NCBI GenBank assembly: GCA_963700395.1
Contig: CAVOXI010000008.1
Span: forward strand, 100,626-124,625
From: an uncultured Actinomycetes bacterium
GTDB taxonomy: Bacteria > Actinomycetota > Actinomycetes > S36-B12 > CAIYMF01
Direction: 5' to 3'
DNA length: 24,000 nucleotides
Shown in pieces: positions 1 to 10,532 of this stretch. A program made the position numbers and the translations under genes. The first letter of the stretch is position 1; every line of letters begins with the position of its first letter. The notes below the pieces were generated by a model. It saw nothing but the letters and a program-made list of their open reading frames with translations, did no database searches and was not told the DNA's origin.

Positions 1-1055
1 TCCACCACGTCACCGTCGTGCATGACGTACTCCTTGCCCTCGATGCGCACCTTGCCGCGGGACTTGGCCTCGGCCATCGAACCGGCATCGACGAGGTCGT
101 CGAACGACACGACCTCGGCCTTGATGAAGCCCTTCTGGAAGTCGGTGTGGATGACCCCGGCCGCCTCCGGCGCGGTTGCGCCCTTCGGGATCGTCCACGC
201 GCGCGACTCCTTCGGGCCGGCCGTCAGGTAGGACTGGAGGCCCAGCGTGTCGAACCCGACGCGGGCGAGCTGCGTCAGCCCGCTCTCCTCCTGGCCGATC
301 GACTGCAGCAGCTCGAGGGCCTCAGCCTCGTCGAGCTCGATGAGGTCGGCCTCGGTCTTGGCGTCGAGGAAGACGGCCTCGGCCGGAGCGATCAGGGAGG
401 CGAGGTCCGAGCGCATGGCATCGTCCGAGAGCTCGTCGGCGTCGACGTTGAAGACGTAGAGGAACGGCTTGGCGGTGAGCAGGAACAGCTCACGGAGCGG
501 CTCACGGTCCAGCCCTGCCGCGAACACCGTCCGACCGCTCTCGAGGACGGCCTTCGCCTCCTCCGCCGCGGCGAGGGTCGCGACCCGGTCCTTGTTCATC
601 CGGGCCTCCTTCTGCAGCCGCGGGATCGCCTTGTCCAGCGTCTGCATGTCGGCCAGGATCAGCTCGAGGTTGATCACCTCGATGTCGTCCTTCGGTGACA
701 CCCGACCGTCGACGTGGACCACATCCGGATCGGTGAACACCCGGATCACCTGGCAGATCGCGTCGGACTCGCGGATGTGCGACAGGAACTTGTTCCCCAG
801 CCCGGCGCCCTCGCTCGCGCCCTTGACGATCCCGGCGATGTCCACGAACGTGACCGTCGCCGGCAGGGTCCGAGCTGAGCCGAAGATGCCGGCCAGAACG
901 CCCAGGCGCGGGTCGGGGACGCCGACCACGCCAGTGTTCGGCTCGATGGTCGCGAACGGGTAGTTCGCCGCCAGGACGTTGTTGCGGGTCAGCGCGTTGA
1001 ACAGGGTGGACTTGCCGACGTTGGGCAGTCCGACGATGCCGATGGTGAGAGCCAC
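1..1055 (-). CDS. ychF: Redox-regulated ATPase YchF / OLA1 family GTP-binding protein (3' end outside the window)
   Basis: Minus-strand translation from GTG at 1055: MALTIGIVGLPNVGKSTLFNALTRNNVLAANYPFATIEPNTGVVGVPDPRL...VTFVDIAGIVKGASEGAGLGNKFLSHIRESDAICQVIRVF. G1 P-loop and YchF signature; C-terminal TGS-like segment (FQKGFIKAEVVSFDDL...GKEYVMHDGDVV) reaches the window edge. Missing from the ORF track because it is open at the edge. Confidence 0.96.
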   Translation of the reverse strand, partial: MALTIGIVGLPNVGKSTLFNALTRNNVLAANYPFATIEPNTGVVGVPDPRLGVLAGIFGSARTLPATVTFVDIAGIVKGASEGAGLGNKFLSHIRESDAICQVIRVFTDPDVVHVDGRVSPKDDIEVINLELILADMQTLDKAIPRLQKEARMNKDRVATLAAAEEAKAVLESGRTVFAAGLDREPLRELFLLTAKPFLYVFNVDADELSDDAMRSDLASLIAPAEAVFLDAKTEADLIELDEAEALELLQSIGQEESGLTQLARVGFDTLGLQSYLTAGPKESRAWTIPKGATAPEAAGVIHTDFQKGFIKAEVVSFDDLVDAGSMAEAKSRGKVRIEGKEYVMHDGDVV

Positions 1056-1205
1056 AACGAACGATTCTACCGGCGTCCGCCGAGCCTCCCCGACGACTTC
1101 GGGCGGGGCGCGAATGACTCCTCGGCGCTCCGCTTCGCAGTTGTCCCCAACCTGCGTCGCATGCCTTGTGATGTCAGGGGAGTGGGGTACCGTTCTGGCA
1201 TGTGA

Positions 1206-1221
1206 TCGAACACGTGTTCGA
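1206..1221. promoter_or_regulatory. LexA/SOS box, perfect palindrome TCGAACACGTGTTCGA
   Basis: Matches the actinobacterial SOS consensus TCGAAC-N4-GTTCGA; ends 14 nt before the GTG start of the HNH gene. Plausible promoter just upstream: TTGTGA (1166-1171), 16 bp, TACCGT (1188-1193). Confidence 0.85.
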
Positions 1222-1235
1222 GAGGGGGAGGATTC

Positions 1236-2621
1236 GTGCTCGAGTTGGTGCTGACGGTACGAGACAAATGCGGCCGGTCGATGGACCCCGCGGAGTTGGG
1301 GGTCGATGACCTGGTGGAGGCGATCCGGGCACGGCCGCCGAGTAACGGACCGAACGGGCGGACAGAGCGTGACCTGGACCTGGCCGCGTTCGGACCCGCG
1401 CTGATGTCCCTCGAGGCGGTGGAACAGGTCTCCCGACAGGTCGCCGCCCTGCGGACGGCCTGCGTGGCGGCCGTCGCCGACGAGACCCCCGGAGGATCGA
1501 CAACTGACCAGGTACTCGACGAGGTGTCCTGCTCCCTTGTCGTCTCACGCCGGTCCGCGGCCCATACCCGGGTCACCGCCGAGACCCTTCGCCACCAACC
1601 CGAGGTTTGGGCCGCTCTGTGTCGCGGGGACGTGGACCTGACCCGCGCACGCATCCTGGCCCACGCCCTGCTCGAGGTACCCCGAACAGACCCTGACGGC
1701 GTCCTTCGGGAGGACTACGAATCTGACTGCGCAACAGTGCTCGCCGACGGTCTGGCATACGCACAGGACCACACAGCCCGCCGTCTTGACCTGTTCCTTC
1801 AACGCCGCCTCCTTGCCCTGGGCTGCGCGGATCGGCCCCGGCGCCGCGCCCGGGCGCTGAGCGAGCGCGGAGTCTGGCTCAACCACCGCGGGGACGGCAC
1901 CGCCGACCTGGTCGCGAGACTGACCAGCGAGGACGCCGAACGGGTCTACTCCACCATCCGGGCCTGCGCTCTTGCCGACCGCAATGGAGATCCCGCGTAT
2001 GACGCCGCTGACCCCCGCGAACCCCTGGACCTCTGGCTCGCCTCCGCGCTCGTCGACCTGATCCTCCACCCCGGGTCCTGGCAGTGCGGAACCAACTCGA
2101 GCAGCGATTCGGGCCCTCATGAGGTCCAACGCCCTCGGCTGGACACGATCATCACGGTGACGATCCCCATCGACTCCCTGGCCGGCCTGTCAGACTCCCC
2201 CGGCGTCATCAACGGCTTCGGGGCGATTCCGGCCGAGGACGCCCGCCGTCTGGCCGCTGCGGACGCCCGGTGGCGACACGTCCTCACAAGCCGCACGACC
2301 GGCGCCGTGCTCGACGTGGGAACGCTGTCCTACCGCCCTCCGGCGGCCCTTGAGCGACACGTCCGGCTGCGTGACGGGACCTGCAGGTTCCCCGGCTGCC
2401 CGGTCCCAGCGGCCGAGTGCGACCTCGATCACCTCATCCCGTTCCCCTCGGGCGCAACGTCAGAGGAGAACCTCCATGCGCTCTGCCGACGCCACCACAA
2501 CCTGAAGCACGACGGCGGCTGGCGGGTCGAGGCCACACCGGGGAGTGGGCTGCGCTGGACAAGCCCGCAGGGCGCAACCACCACCACACACCCCGACGAC
2601 AACCACTCCCGCGTCGCTTGA
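1236..2621 (+). CDS. DUF222 / 13E12-repeat family HNH endonuclease domain protein
   Basis: 461 aa from GTG with RBS-like AGGGGGAGG. C-terminal HNH motif: RLRDGTCRFPGCPVPAAECDLDHLIPFPSGATSEENLHALCRRHHNLKHDGGW. Confidence 0.9.
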   Translation: MLELVLTVRDKCGRSMDPAELGVDDLVEAIRARPPSNGPNGRTERDLDLAAFGPALMSLEAVEQVSRQVAALRTACVAAVADETPGGSTTDQVLDEVSCSLVVSRRSAAHTRVTAETLRHQPEVWAALCRGDVDLTRARILAHALLEVPRTDPDGVLREDYESDCATVLADGLAYAQDHTARRLDLFLQRRLLALGCADRPRRRARALSERGVWLNHRGDGTADLVARLTSEDAERVYSTIRACALADRNGDPAYDAADPREPLDLWLASALVDLILHPGSWQCGTNSSSDSGPHEVQRPRLDTIITVTIPIDSLAGLSDSPGVINGFGAIPAEDARRLAAADARWRHVLTSRTTGAVLDVGTLSYRPPAALERHVRLRDGTCRFPGCPVPAAECDLDHLIPFPSGATSEENLHALCRRHHNLKHDGGWRVEATPGSGLRWTSPQGATTTTHPDDNHSRVA

Positions 2622-2651
2622 GGAACCGAGCCAGGAACTTCCCGAGGGCGC

Positions 2652-2668
2652 AGGGCGACTATCGCCCT
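2652..2668 (+). terminator. Short perfect hairpin downstream of the HNH gene (possible weak terminator or attenuator)
   Basis: AGGGCGA-CTA-TCGCCCT, 7-bp stem with 3-nt loop, 31 nt after the HNH stop and 31 nt before the rmuC ATG; no T-tract. Confidence 0.35.
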
Positions 2669-2699
2669 CCATGTCAGTCCCCCCCGATAGGAATGGTCC

Positions 2700-4034
2700 A
2701 TGGATAGGACGATGTTGTGGAGCGTGGCCCTCCTCTCGCTGGCTCTGGCGCTCGGGTGGCTGCTGCGCGGGCTTGTGGACCGTCCACGTCAAGCGGCGGA
2801 ACGCGCCGTCTCTGGGGAGCGGGTGGCGCGCCTGGAAGCAGAGCTCACCGCTGCCCGAACGACAGCCGAGTCCCAAGCCCGGACACCGGAGCAGGTGGCC
2901 CAGGTGATGGCACCGGTCCAGACCGCGCTGGGCCGCCTCGAGGAGGCCGTGGCCCGAGCGGAGGGTGGACGTGCCACCTCCACTGCCCAGCTGGCTGAGC
3001 AGATGAGGGCCGTGGCCCAGGCCACGAGTGTGTCCACCGATGGGCTGCGGCGCGAGACCGCCCGGCTGGTGGGGGCCCTGGGGCACAGTGAGGTGCGCGG
3101 GCGCTGGGGGGAGTTCCAGCTGCGGCGGCTGCTCGAGTCCTCTGGCCTGGTGCGAGACGTGCACTTCACCGAGCAGCAGAGCGTCTCCACCGACGCCGGC
3201 CTGCTCCGCCCCGATGTCGTGCTGCACCTCGGCGAGGACAAGACCGTCGTGGTGGACGCGAAGGTGTCGCTACGGGCCATCCTCGGCATCCAGGCTGGTG
3301 ACCCGCAGGACGAGGTCGCCGCGGCGCGGGCCCAACACGCTCGGGAGGTGCGCAACCACGTCGACCGGTTGGCGAGCAAGGAGTACGCCCGGCAGTTCGA
3401 CACCGCGCCGGAGTTCGTCGTCATGTTCCTGCCCGCGGAGTCCCTGCTGGCCGAGGCCCTGGCCTGCGACCCAACCCTGCTCGAGCATGCCTTCGGCCGC
3501 AACGTCGTCCTGGCAACTCCGACCACCTTGATGGCACTGACCCGAACCGTCGGCCATATCTGGCGCCAGGATGCCCTGGCTGCCAATGCCAAGGAGGTCC
3601 AGGCCCTGGGCCGGGAGATGGCCGAGCGCCTTGCGACCATGCTTGGACACCTCGACAAGCTGGGTTCGTCCCTGGGCGCCGGCGTCACCGCCTACAACAG
3701 GGCCATCGCGTCGCTTGAGTCCCGGGTGCTCGTGACCGGTCGGCGGTTCACCGAGCTGCAGGGCCTGCCGATCCCGCTGGAGTCACCTCGGCAGGTGGAT
3801 CAGCAGCCACGAAGCCTGGCAGCCCGGGCAGCCGACGAGGACCAGCCCACCCAGGACCAGCCGGCCCAGGTATTGGCCGAACAGGCCACATCCGTCCATC
3901 CGGACGAACTCGACCTCGCCGCCAACCTCCTGGACCGGCCGCACCCGGGCGACTCAGGGTCACTCGACCCCCTCGAGCGGCAGGCGCTGGACGCGGGTGG
4001 ATCACCGCAGGAGTCCACGACGGCCGTCGCATAG
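2700..4034 (+). CDS. rmuC: DNA recombination protein RmuC homolog
   Basis: 444 aa: N-terminal TM segment, coiled-coil region, RmuC core RGRWGEFQLRRLLESSGLVRDVHFTEQQSV...LRPDVVLHLGEDKTVVVDAKVSL...VVMFLPAESLLAEAL..ATPTTLMALTRTV. Confidence 0.92.
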   Translation: MDRTMLWSVALLSLALALGWLLRGLVDRPRQAAERAVSGERVARLEAELTAARTTAESQARTPEQVAQVMAPVQTALGRLEEAVARAEGGRATSTAQLAEQMRAVAQATSVSTDGLRRETARLVGALGHSEVRGRWGEFQLRRLLESSGLVRDVHFTEQQSVSTDAGLLRPDVVLHLGEDKTVVVDAKVSLRAILGIQAGDPQDEVAAARAQHAREVRNHVDRLASKEYARQFDTAPEFVVMFLPAESLLAEALACDPTLLEHAFGRNVVLATPTTLMALTRTVGHIWRQDALAANAKEVQALGREMAERLATMLGHLDKLGSSLGAGVTAYNRAIASLESRVLVTGRRFTELQGLPIPLESPRQVDQQPRSLAARAADEDQPTQDQPAQVLAEQATSVHPDELDLAANLLDRPHPGDSGSLDPLERQALDAGGSPQESTTAVA

Positions 4035-4066
4035 TCCTCGACTACCAGCGGGCTACCATTCGGCTC

Positions 4067-4549
4067 GTGACCCTCCCCTCACCCGGACCCGGCAATGCCG
4101 GGTGGGGAGGTTCCGGAACTCCCACCGACGGGCCCATGCGGCCACAGGCAGTCGCACCGCCCACCGACACTGGACGAGGATTCCCTGGCGGTCGGGTGGT
4201 GGCCGTCGCCACGCTCGCGGTGATCGCCGTGGCGATCATCGAGGCCGCATTGCGCGACCGCGTCGGTCCGTGGACGGGCGCGACCCTCGTGGTGGTGGCG
4301 ATCGTCGCCCCACTGGTGACGCGCGCCGGGGATCGTTCGCTGCCCGCGATGATGCCTCCCCTGGCGTTCCTCGTGGCAGTGCTGATCGCCGGGCAACTGC
4401 TCGTGGCCAGGACGGGGGCGGGCAACTTCGACCGCGTCTCCGAGGCCGTGATGATCGCCCAGAACCTCGGACCCAACGCGGTCTGGGTGGTCGCGGCGAC
4501 GATCCTGTCGGTCACGGTTGCGACCATCCGGCACTTCACCGACCGCTGA
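4067..4549 (+). CDS. Small integral membrane protein, DUF6542-like
   Basis: 160 aa from GTG with several hydrophobic helices; adjacent to ispH as is typical for DUF6542 genes in actinobacteria. Family call is from memory. Confidence 0.65.
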   Translation: MTLPSPGPGNAGWGGSGTPTDGPMRPQAVAPPTDTGRGFPGGRVVAVATLAVIAVAIIEAALRDRVGPWTGATLVVVAIVAPLVTRAGDRSLPAMMPPLAFLVAVLIAGQLLVARTGAGNFDRVSEAVMIAQNLGPNAVWVVAATILSVTVATIRHFTDR

Positions 4550-4567
4550 GGTCCCCCGACCGCGCCA

Positions 4568-5533
4568 CTACTGCTTCCCGGCCGCCTTCAACTCGCGGCG
4601 AAGCTCCTGGGGCAGCGCGAAGACCATGTGCTCCTCGACGGCGTCCACGTCCTCGACGTCATCGAAGCCGAGCTCGGCGAGTCGGACGAGCACATCACGT
4701 ACCAGGATCTCCGGGACCGACGCTCCGCTGGTGACCCCCACGGTGGCGGCACCATCGAACCAGGCCGCCTCCAGTTCGGTTGCCTGATCGACGCGGTACC
4801 CCGACTTCGCGCCGTGCTGCAGCCCGACCTCGAGCAGCCGCACGGAGTTCGAGGAGTTGGCCGACCCGACCACGATGAGCACGTCGCTGCGCGGGGCCAC
4901 CTTCTTCACCGCAGTCTGGCGGTTCTGGGTGGCGTAGCAGATGTCATCGCTGGGCGGGCTGACCAGCGCGGGAAGGCGCTCGCGCAGCGCACCCACAGTC
5001 TCCATGGTCTCGTCCACCGAGAGCGTCGTCTGCGACAGCCAGACCACCTTCTCGTCCGCGGCGAGGTCGAGGTCGGCGACTGATTCCGGACCGGAGACCA
5101 GTGTCATGGCCCCGGGCGCCTCGCCCATGGTGCCCTCGACCTCCTCATGGCCCTCGTGGCCGATGAGCAGGATCCGATAGCCCTCGTCGGCGAAGCGACG
5201 AGCCTCGTTGTGCACCTTGGTGACCAGCGGGCAGGTCGCATCGATGGTGCGCAGGCCGCGCTCGGCGGCCTCCTCGTGGACTGACGGCGCCACGCCGTGA
5301 GCGCTGAAGACCACGGTCGCGCCCTCGGGGACGTCGTCGGTCTCCGTCACGAAGACGGCCCCACGCGCCGCCAGGGAGTCCACCACGTAGCGGTTGTGGA
5401 CGATCTCCTTGCGCACGTAGACCGGCGCGCCGTAGAGGTCGAGGGCCTTCTCGACGGCGACCACGGCACGGTCAACGCCGGCGCAGTAGCCGCGTGGCGC
5501 GGCGAGCAGGACCTTGCGACCCGGTTCAGACAT
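4568..5533 (-). CDS. ispH: 4-hydroxy-3-methylbut-2-enyl diphosphate reductase
   Basis: [31 protein letters not shown]...[11 protein letters not shown]...[10 protein letters not shown]...[18 protein letters not shown]...[18 protein letters not shown]. The ORF-track start (5596) is upstream of the likely ATG at 5533. Confidence 0.97.
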   Translation of the reverse strand: MSEPGRKVLLAAPRGYCAGVDRAVVAVEKALDLYGAPVYVRKEIVHNRYVVDSLAARGAVFVTETDDVPEGATVVFSAHGVAPSVHEEAAERGLRTIDATCPLVTKVHNEARRFADEGYRILLIGHEGHEEVEGTMGEAPGAMTLVSGPESVADLDLAADEKVVWLSQTTLSVDETMETVGALRERLPALVSPPSDDICYATQNRQTAVKKVAPRSDVLIVVGSANSSNSVRLLEVGLQHGAKSGYRVDQATELEAAWFDGAATVGVTSGASVPEILVRDVLVRLAELGFDDVEDVDAVEEHMVFALPQELRRELKAAGKQ

Positions 5534-5588
5534 GCCTCCATGGTAGGGCGGTCCGGCGATGTCCGCCCCCTGTCGTACTCTCGCGACC

Positions 5589-6848
5589 ATGGCCACAGCC
5601 CCCCAGACGAGCCCACCGGGCGCCGCACCCGTGGACGGCTCCGCCCCCGAGCGCGCATGGCCGGTCCGCGAGATCTCGGTGAAGCTGCGCGACTACATCG
5701 CCCGGCTGAACCGCGTCTGGATCGAGGGCCAGGTCGTGGAGGTCAGTCGCCGCAGCGGCTCACAGGTGTACCTGACCATCCGCGATGTCGACGTCGACGC
5801 CTCCGTGTCGGTCGTCATCCCCGGCGGCCTCGACCGCGCCATGAACCCCCCGCTGACCGCGGGTCAACGCGTCCTCCTGCACGTCCAGTGCGAGTACTGG
5901 GTCCGCAACGGTCGCCTCATGCTGCGCGCCAGCGAGATCCGCCCGGTCGGCATCGGCGAGCTCCTGGCCACCCTGGAGCGTCGCAAGCAGCAACTGGCTG
6001 CCGAGGGCCTGTTCGCCCCCGAGCTCAAGCGCCGCCTGCCCCTGCTCCCCCGCAGGATCGGACTCATCACCGGAGCCAACGCCCAGGCGATGCACGACGT
6101 GATCACCAACGCCCGTCTCAGGTGGCCGGCCGCGCAGTTCGAGGTCCGGGAGGGCGCGGTGCAGGGCGCGTCAGCGGTGAGCACGATGATCCGCAGCCTC
6201 GCCGAGCTCGACGCCGACGAGTCCGTGGAGGTCATCGTGTTCGCCCGCGGCGGCGGCAGCCTCGAGGACCTGCTGCCGTTCAGCGACGAGTCGCTGATCC
6301 GCGCGGTGGCTGCCGTCCGGACCCCCGTCGTCAGCGCGATCGGCCACGAGCAGGACGCCCCCCTGCTCGACCTCGTCGCCGACCTGCGGGCCTCGACCCC
6401 CACGGATGCCGGCAAGCGGATCGTCCCCGAGTGGGCGGAGGAGTCCCGGCGCATCTCCGATCGGCGGGCCAGTCTCGACCGGACGATGCTGACCCGCCTG
6501 GAGCAGGCCGCCACGTGGTTGGAGCAGACGCGCAGCCGACCTGCCATGGCCGACCCCGCCGGGTTGCTGCCCCGGCTGTCGGCGGAGGTGCACACCGCCC
6601 GCCAGCGCGCATTCCGGGCCGTGGAGCAGCGGATCGGCACCCAGGAGCGTGACCTCGCCCACCTGCGCGCGCGGGCGCGGGCGCTGTCCCCGCTGGCCAC
6701 CCTCGACCGCGGCTACGCGGTGGTGGTCGGCCCGAACGGCGACTTCATCCGCGCCGCCGACCAGCTCCATCCCGGCGACGGCGTGCGGGTGCGCGTCGCC
6801 ACCGGTCACTTCCGGGCCGACGTCACCGACGTAGCATCGGCATCATGA
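5589..6848 (+). CDS. xseA: Exodeoxyribonuclease VII large subunit
   Basis: OB-fold N-terminus ([24 protein letters not shown]...), [78 protein letters not shown]. Confidence 0.97.
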   Translation: MATAPQTSPPGAAPVDGSAPERAWPVREISVKLRDYIARLNRVWIEGQVVEVSRRSGSQVYLTIRDVDVDASVSVVIPGGLDRAMNPPLTAGQRVLLHVQCEYWVRNGRLMLRASEIRPVGIGELLATLERRKQQLAAEGLFAPELKRRLPLLPRRIGLITGANAQAMHDVITNARLRWPAAQFEVREGAVQGASAVSTMIRSLAELDADESVEVIVFARGGGSLEDLLPFSDESLIRAVAAVRTPVVSAIGHEQDAPLLDLVADLRASTPTDAGKRIVPEWAEESRRISDRRASLDRTMLTRLEQAATWLEQTRSRPAMADPAGLLPRLSAEVHTARQRAFRAVEQRIGTQERDLAHLRARARALSPLATLDRGYAVVVGPNGDFIRAADQLHPGDGVRVRVATGHFRADVTDVASAS

Positions 6849-7076
6849 CTGAGCCCACCGCGCCCCTGCCGGGCGGGAACCCCGAGGACCTCGCCAACCT
6901 CAGCTACGAGCAGGCTCGCACCGCCCTCGACCAGGTCGTGGCCGCGCTCGAGTCCAGCACCGTCAACCTCGAGATGTCACTGGCGCTGTGGGAGCGCGGC
7001 ACCGCACTGGCCGACATCTGCCAGGCGCACCTCGACGGGGCCCGGGAGCGCATCGAGGCGGCGAGGCCGGGCCTGA
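6845..7076 (+). CDS. xseB: Exodeoxyribonuclease VII small subunit (3' end probably frameshifted)
   Basis: ATG overlaps the xseA stop (ATGA, 6845-6848). LSYEQARTALDQVVAALESSTVNLEMSLALWERGTALADICQAHLDGARERIEAA is XseB. The annotated frame runs on to 7375 through the opposing gene; a +1 correction gives TGA at 7074-7076. Confidence 0.85.
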
Positions 7077-7206
7077 CGGCCGAGGGCCCGGCCAGCAGTA
7101 GGGCCCGGGAACGTGGGGCTGGCGCATCCATGAACCGGCGCCGAGCGACCGGCAGACCATCGGCCGTCGGCCGCAAAGCAGTCGACCGGCGCCGGCGAAG
7201 CAGTCC

Positions 7207-7784
7207 TCAGCGCTCGACAGCCGCCAGCTGTGCCGGCCAGGGTCTCGAGCTCCGCCCACTCGCGCCGAGCCTGTCACGATCGTGGCCGTGCCGTCCTCGA
7301 CCAGCACCAGCGACCGGCGGTCATCGGGGGTGGGGTCGCCCTCCATCCGGGTCCACTCGCGCCCCCCGATGGTGACCGTCCCCTCAGCGACACCGTCGCG
7401 CGTCTCGGACTCGATCCAGTCCGTCTGCGCCGCGATCGCCTGCTTCGGGAACTGACCGCGCTGCAGGACGGCGGCGTACTCCTCGGCCGGGGTGTAGAAC
7501 CCGGCCCGCCAGCCCAGCGTGCCGTCCGCCTCCGGCTCCACGCGCGCGCTGGTCGCGGGCCACGGGAACGTCACCGGCGGCGCGAGGACCTCGTAGGACG
7601 CGGCTGTGGCGGCTGACTGGGCGACAGGCGCCCATTCGACCTCGCGGATCGCCTCCGAGCTGCGCGGGTGCGCGAAGTACATCCAGATCAGCAGCACGAT
7701 CGCCACGAGGCCCAGGGAGCGGACCATGTCCGTGCCGACCTGGCGTCCGCGCGACGGCGCCCGACCGACGGTCTGCTCTCCCAT
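7207..7784 (-). CDS. DUF4245-like membrane-anchored protein, with two +1 frameshifts near the C-terminus
   Basis: MGEQTVGRAPSRGRQVGTDMVRSLGLVAIVLLIWMYFAHP...EVEWAPVAQSAATAASYEVLAPPVTFPWPATSARVE...GWRAGFYTPAEEYAAVLQRGQ. Removing one base at each of two places gives ...GSAEWAELETLAGQLAAVER* ending at 7207. Confidence 0.75.
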
Positions 7785-7868
7785 GGGGACGATGGTGGAC
7801 CATCAGGGGGCGGTCCGCACAATCTGCCCCCGCCACCCGCCCTATCCGCCTCGGACTAGGCTCGATCC

Positions 7869-9529
<1,661 letters not shown>

Positions 9530-9533
<4 letters not shown>

Positions 9534-10324
9534 TACCAGTGGTGTGATCGCCAGAACGACCACGCCTGGCAGGGCGAACCGTAGCGACCCTTGATGTACT
9601 TGGCGCCGACCCGGATCTGGATCGCGGGGCTGTGCATGTACTGCGAGGTGGAGTAGCCGGCGCGGCGCCACACGGCCGAGGAGGTCTGCGGGATGCCGTG
9701 GTAGCGACCATTCGGGTTGCTCGCCCAGTACCGCCAGCCGCTCTCCCTGGTCCACAGGCTCGACAGGCAGGACATCTGCCCCGAGCCCCACCCGTAGGTG
9801 CGCGAGATGTACGCCGCGGCGAAGCGCTTGCTCGCCGCCGGGGCGCCCGCCCGGGGCAGGCCACGCGAGGAGGACTTCGCTGCGCGCGCCCGCGCCTTCG
9901 CCACCTTCTTGACCGCCTTGAGCGTCCGTGCGGTCACGACGCCGGTGGCCTTGACCCCCGCGGAGCGCTGGGCCTTCTTCACGGCCTTGCGCGTCCTCGT
10001 GTCGAAGGTCGCGGTCTGCTTGACCTTCAGGAGCTTCTGCAGCGCCTGGACGTCGGGACCCGTGTCGCCGAGGCGGATGACCCGGTCACCGAGGGCGAAC
10101 ACCGCGGGGACAGCGGCGGGGACGTCCGTCGGCGCCGGCACAGCAATCGGGGCCGGCTCAGCCGTGGCCACCGGCGGGGCAACCTCGTCGGCACGTGCTG
10201 GCGAGCCCGCCAGCGCCGGCAGTCCCACGATCAACAGGGCAGCGACAAGGACGGCCAGGAGGCGAGGCGCGGGCATCGACGACGGTCCAGCGGGGGCAGC
10301 CTGCACGGGGCGTGAAGTGCTCAT
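9530..10324 (-). CDS. Secreted peptidoglycan-binding / lysozyme-like (transglycosylase-like) protein
   Basis: Signal peptide ([24 protein letters not shown]); PG-binding-like repeat ([46 protein letters not shown]); C-terminal lysozyme-like domain ([30 protein letters not shown]...[30 protein letters not shown]). Likely ATG at 10324 (MSTSRPVQ). Confidence 0.85.
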
Positions 10325-10393
10325 GAACACCGGAGCGTGCCATCCGCACCCCCGTCGATTCCAACCAGGATTAATGGCGAGAACGCTCTCTGG

Positions 10394-10409
10394 CGTGACC
10401 TGCATCACG
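10394..10409. promoter_or_regulatory. CRP/GlxR-like site CGTGA-N6-TCACG
   Basis: CGTGACCTGCATCACG: perfect GTGA-N6-TCAC core, 70 bp upstream of the lysozyme-like gene start. Confidence 0.55.
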
Positions 10410-10435
10410 TTCGTGCACGGATAATCCGGTCATTC

Positions 10436-10451
10436 CATGAAATGCATCACA
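10436..10451. promoter_or_regulatory. Weaker CRP/GlxR-like site CATGA-N6-TCACA
   Basis: CATGAAATGCATCACA: 8 of 10 consensus half-site positions of TGTGA-N6-TCACA. Confidence 0.35.
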
Positions 10452-10468
10452 CTGGTTGCAGCTTCAGA

Positions 10469-10484
10469 TGTGAGGTATGCCACA
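10469..10484. promoter_or_regulatory. CRP/GlxR-like site TGTGAGGTATGCCACA
   Basis: Compared with TGTGANNTANNTCACA, only one specified position differs. Confidence 0.6.
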
Positions 10485-10532
10485 GCCGGGACCTAGGTCA
10501 TGAACCGGGCGACTGCGGACCAAATGACCGTC

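Noticed and set aside
18-698. Plus-strand ORFs in the first 1 kb
   Set aside because: Antisense to ychF, whose minus-strand reading frame is clear.
1236-2621. HNH gene as part of a restriction or phage-defence system
   Set aside because: Neighbours are ychF and rmuC with no methyltransferase, helicase or toxin/antitoxin partner; the DUF222/13E12 family is widespread and usually solitary.
7081-7106. GGGCCCGG direct repeats and AAGCAGTC repeats around 7085-7205 as a mobile-element scar
   Set aside because: Short GC-rich repeats in a region already affected by frame errors; no transposase, terminal inverted repeats or convincing target duplication.
6845-7375. Extended 176-aa XseB with a novel C-terminal domain
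   Set aside because: XseB is normally ~80 aa; the extension is Arg/Ser-rich low-complexity sequence that overlaps the opposing DUF4245 gene, which itself shows +1 frameshifts. Best explained by a frameshift before the true stop.
10325-10532. c-di-AMP (ydaO-type) riboswitch upstream of the lysozyme-like gene
   Set aside because: Considered because such riboswitches precede wall-hydrolase genes in actinobacteria, but I could not recognise the conserved core in the minus-strand sequence. An Infernal search would settle it.
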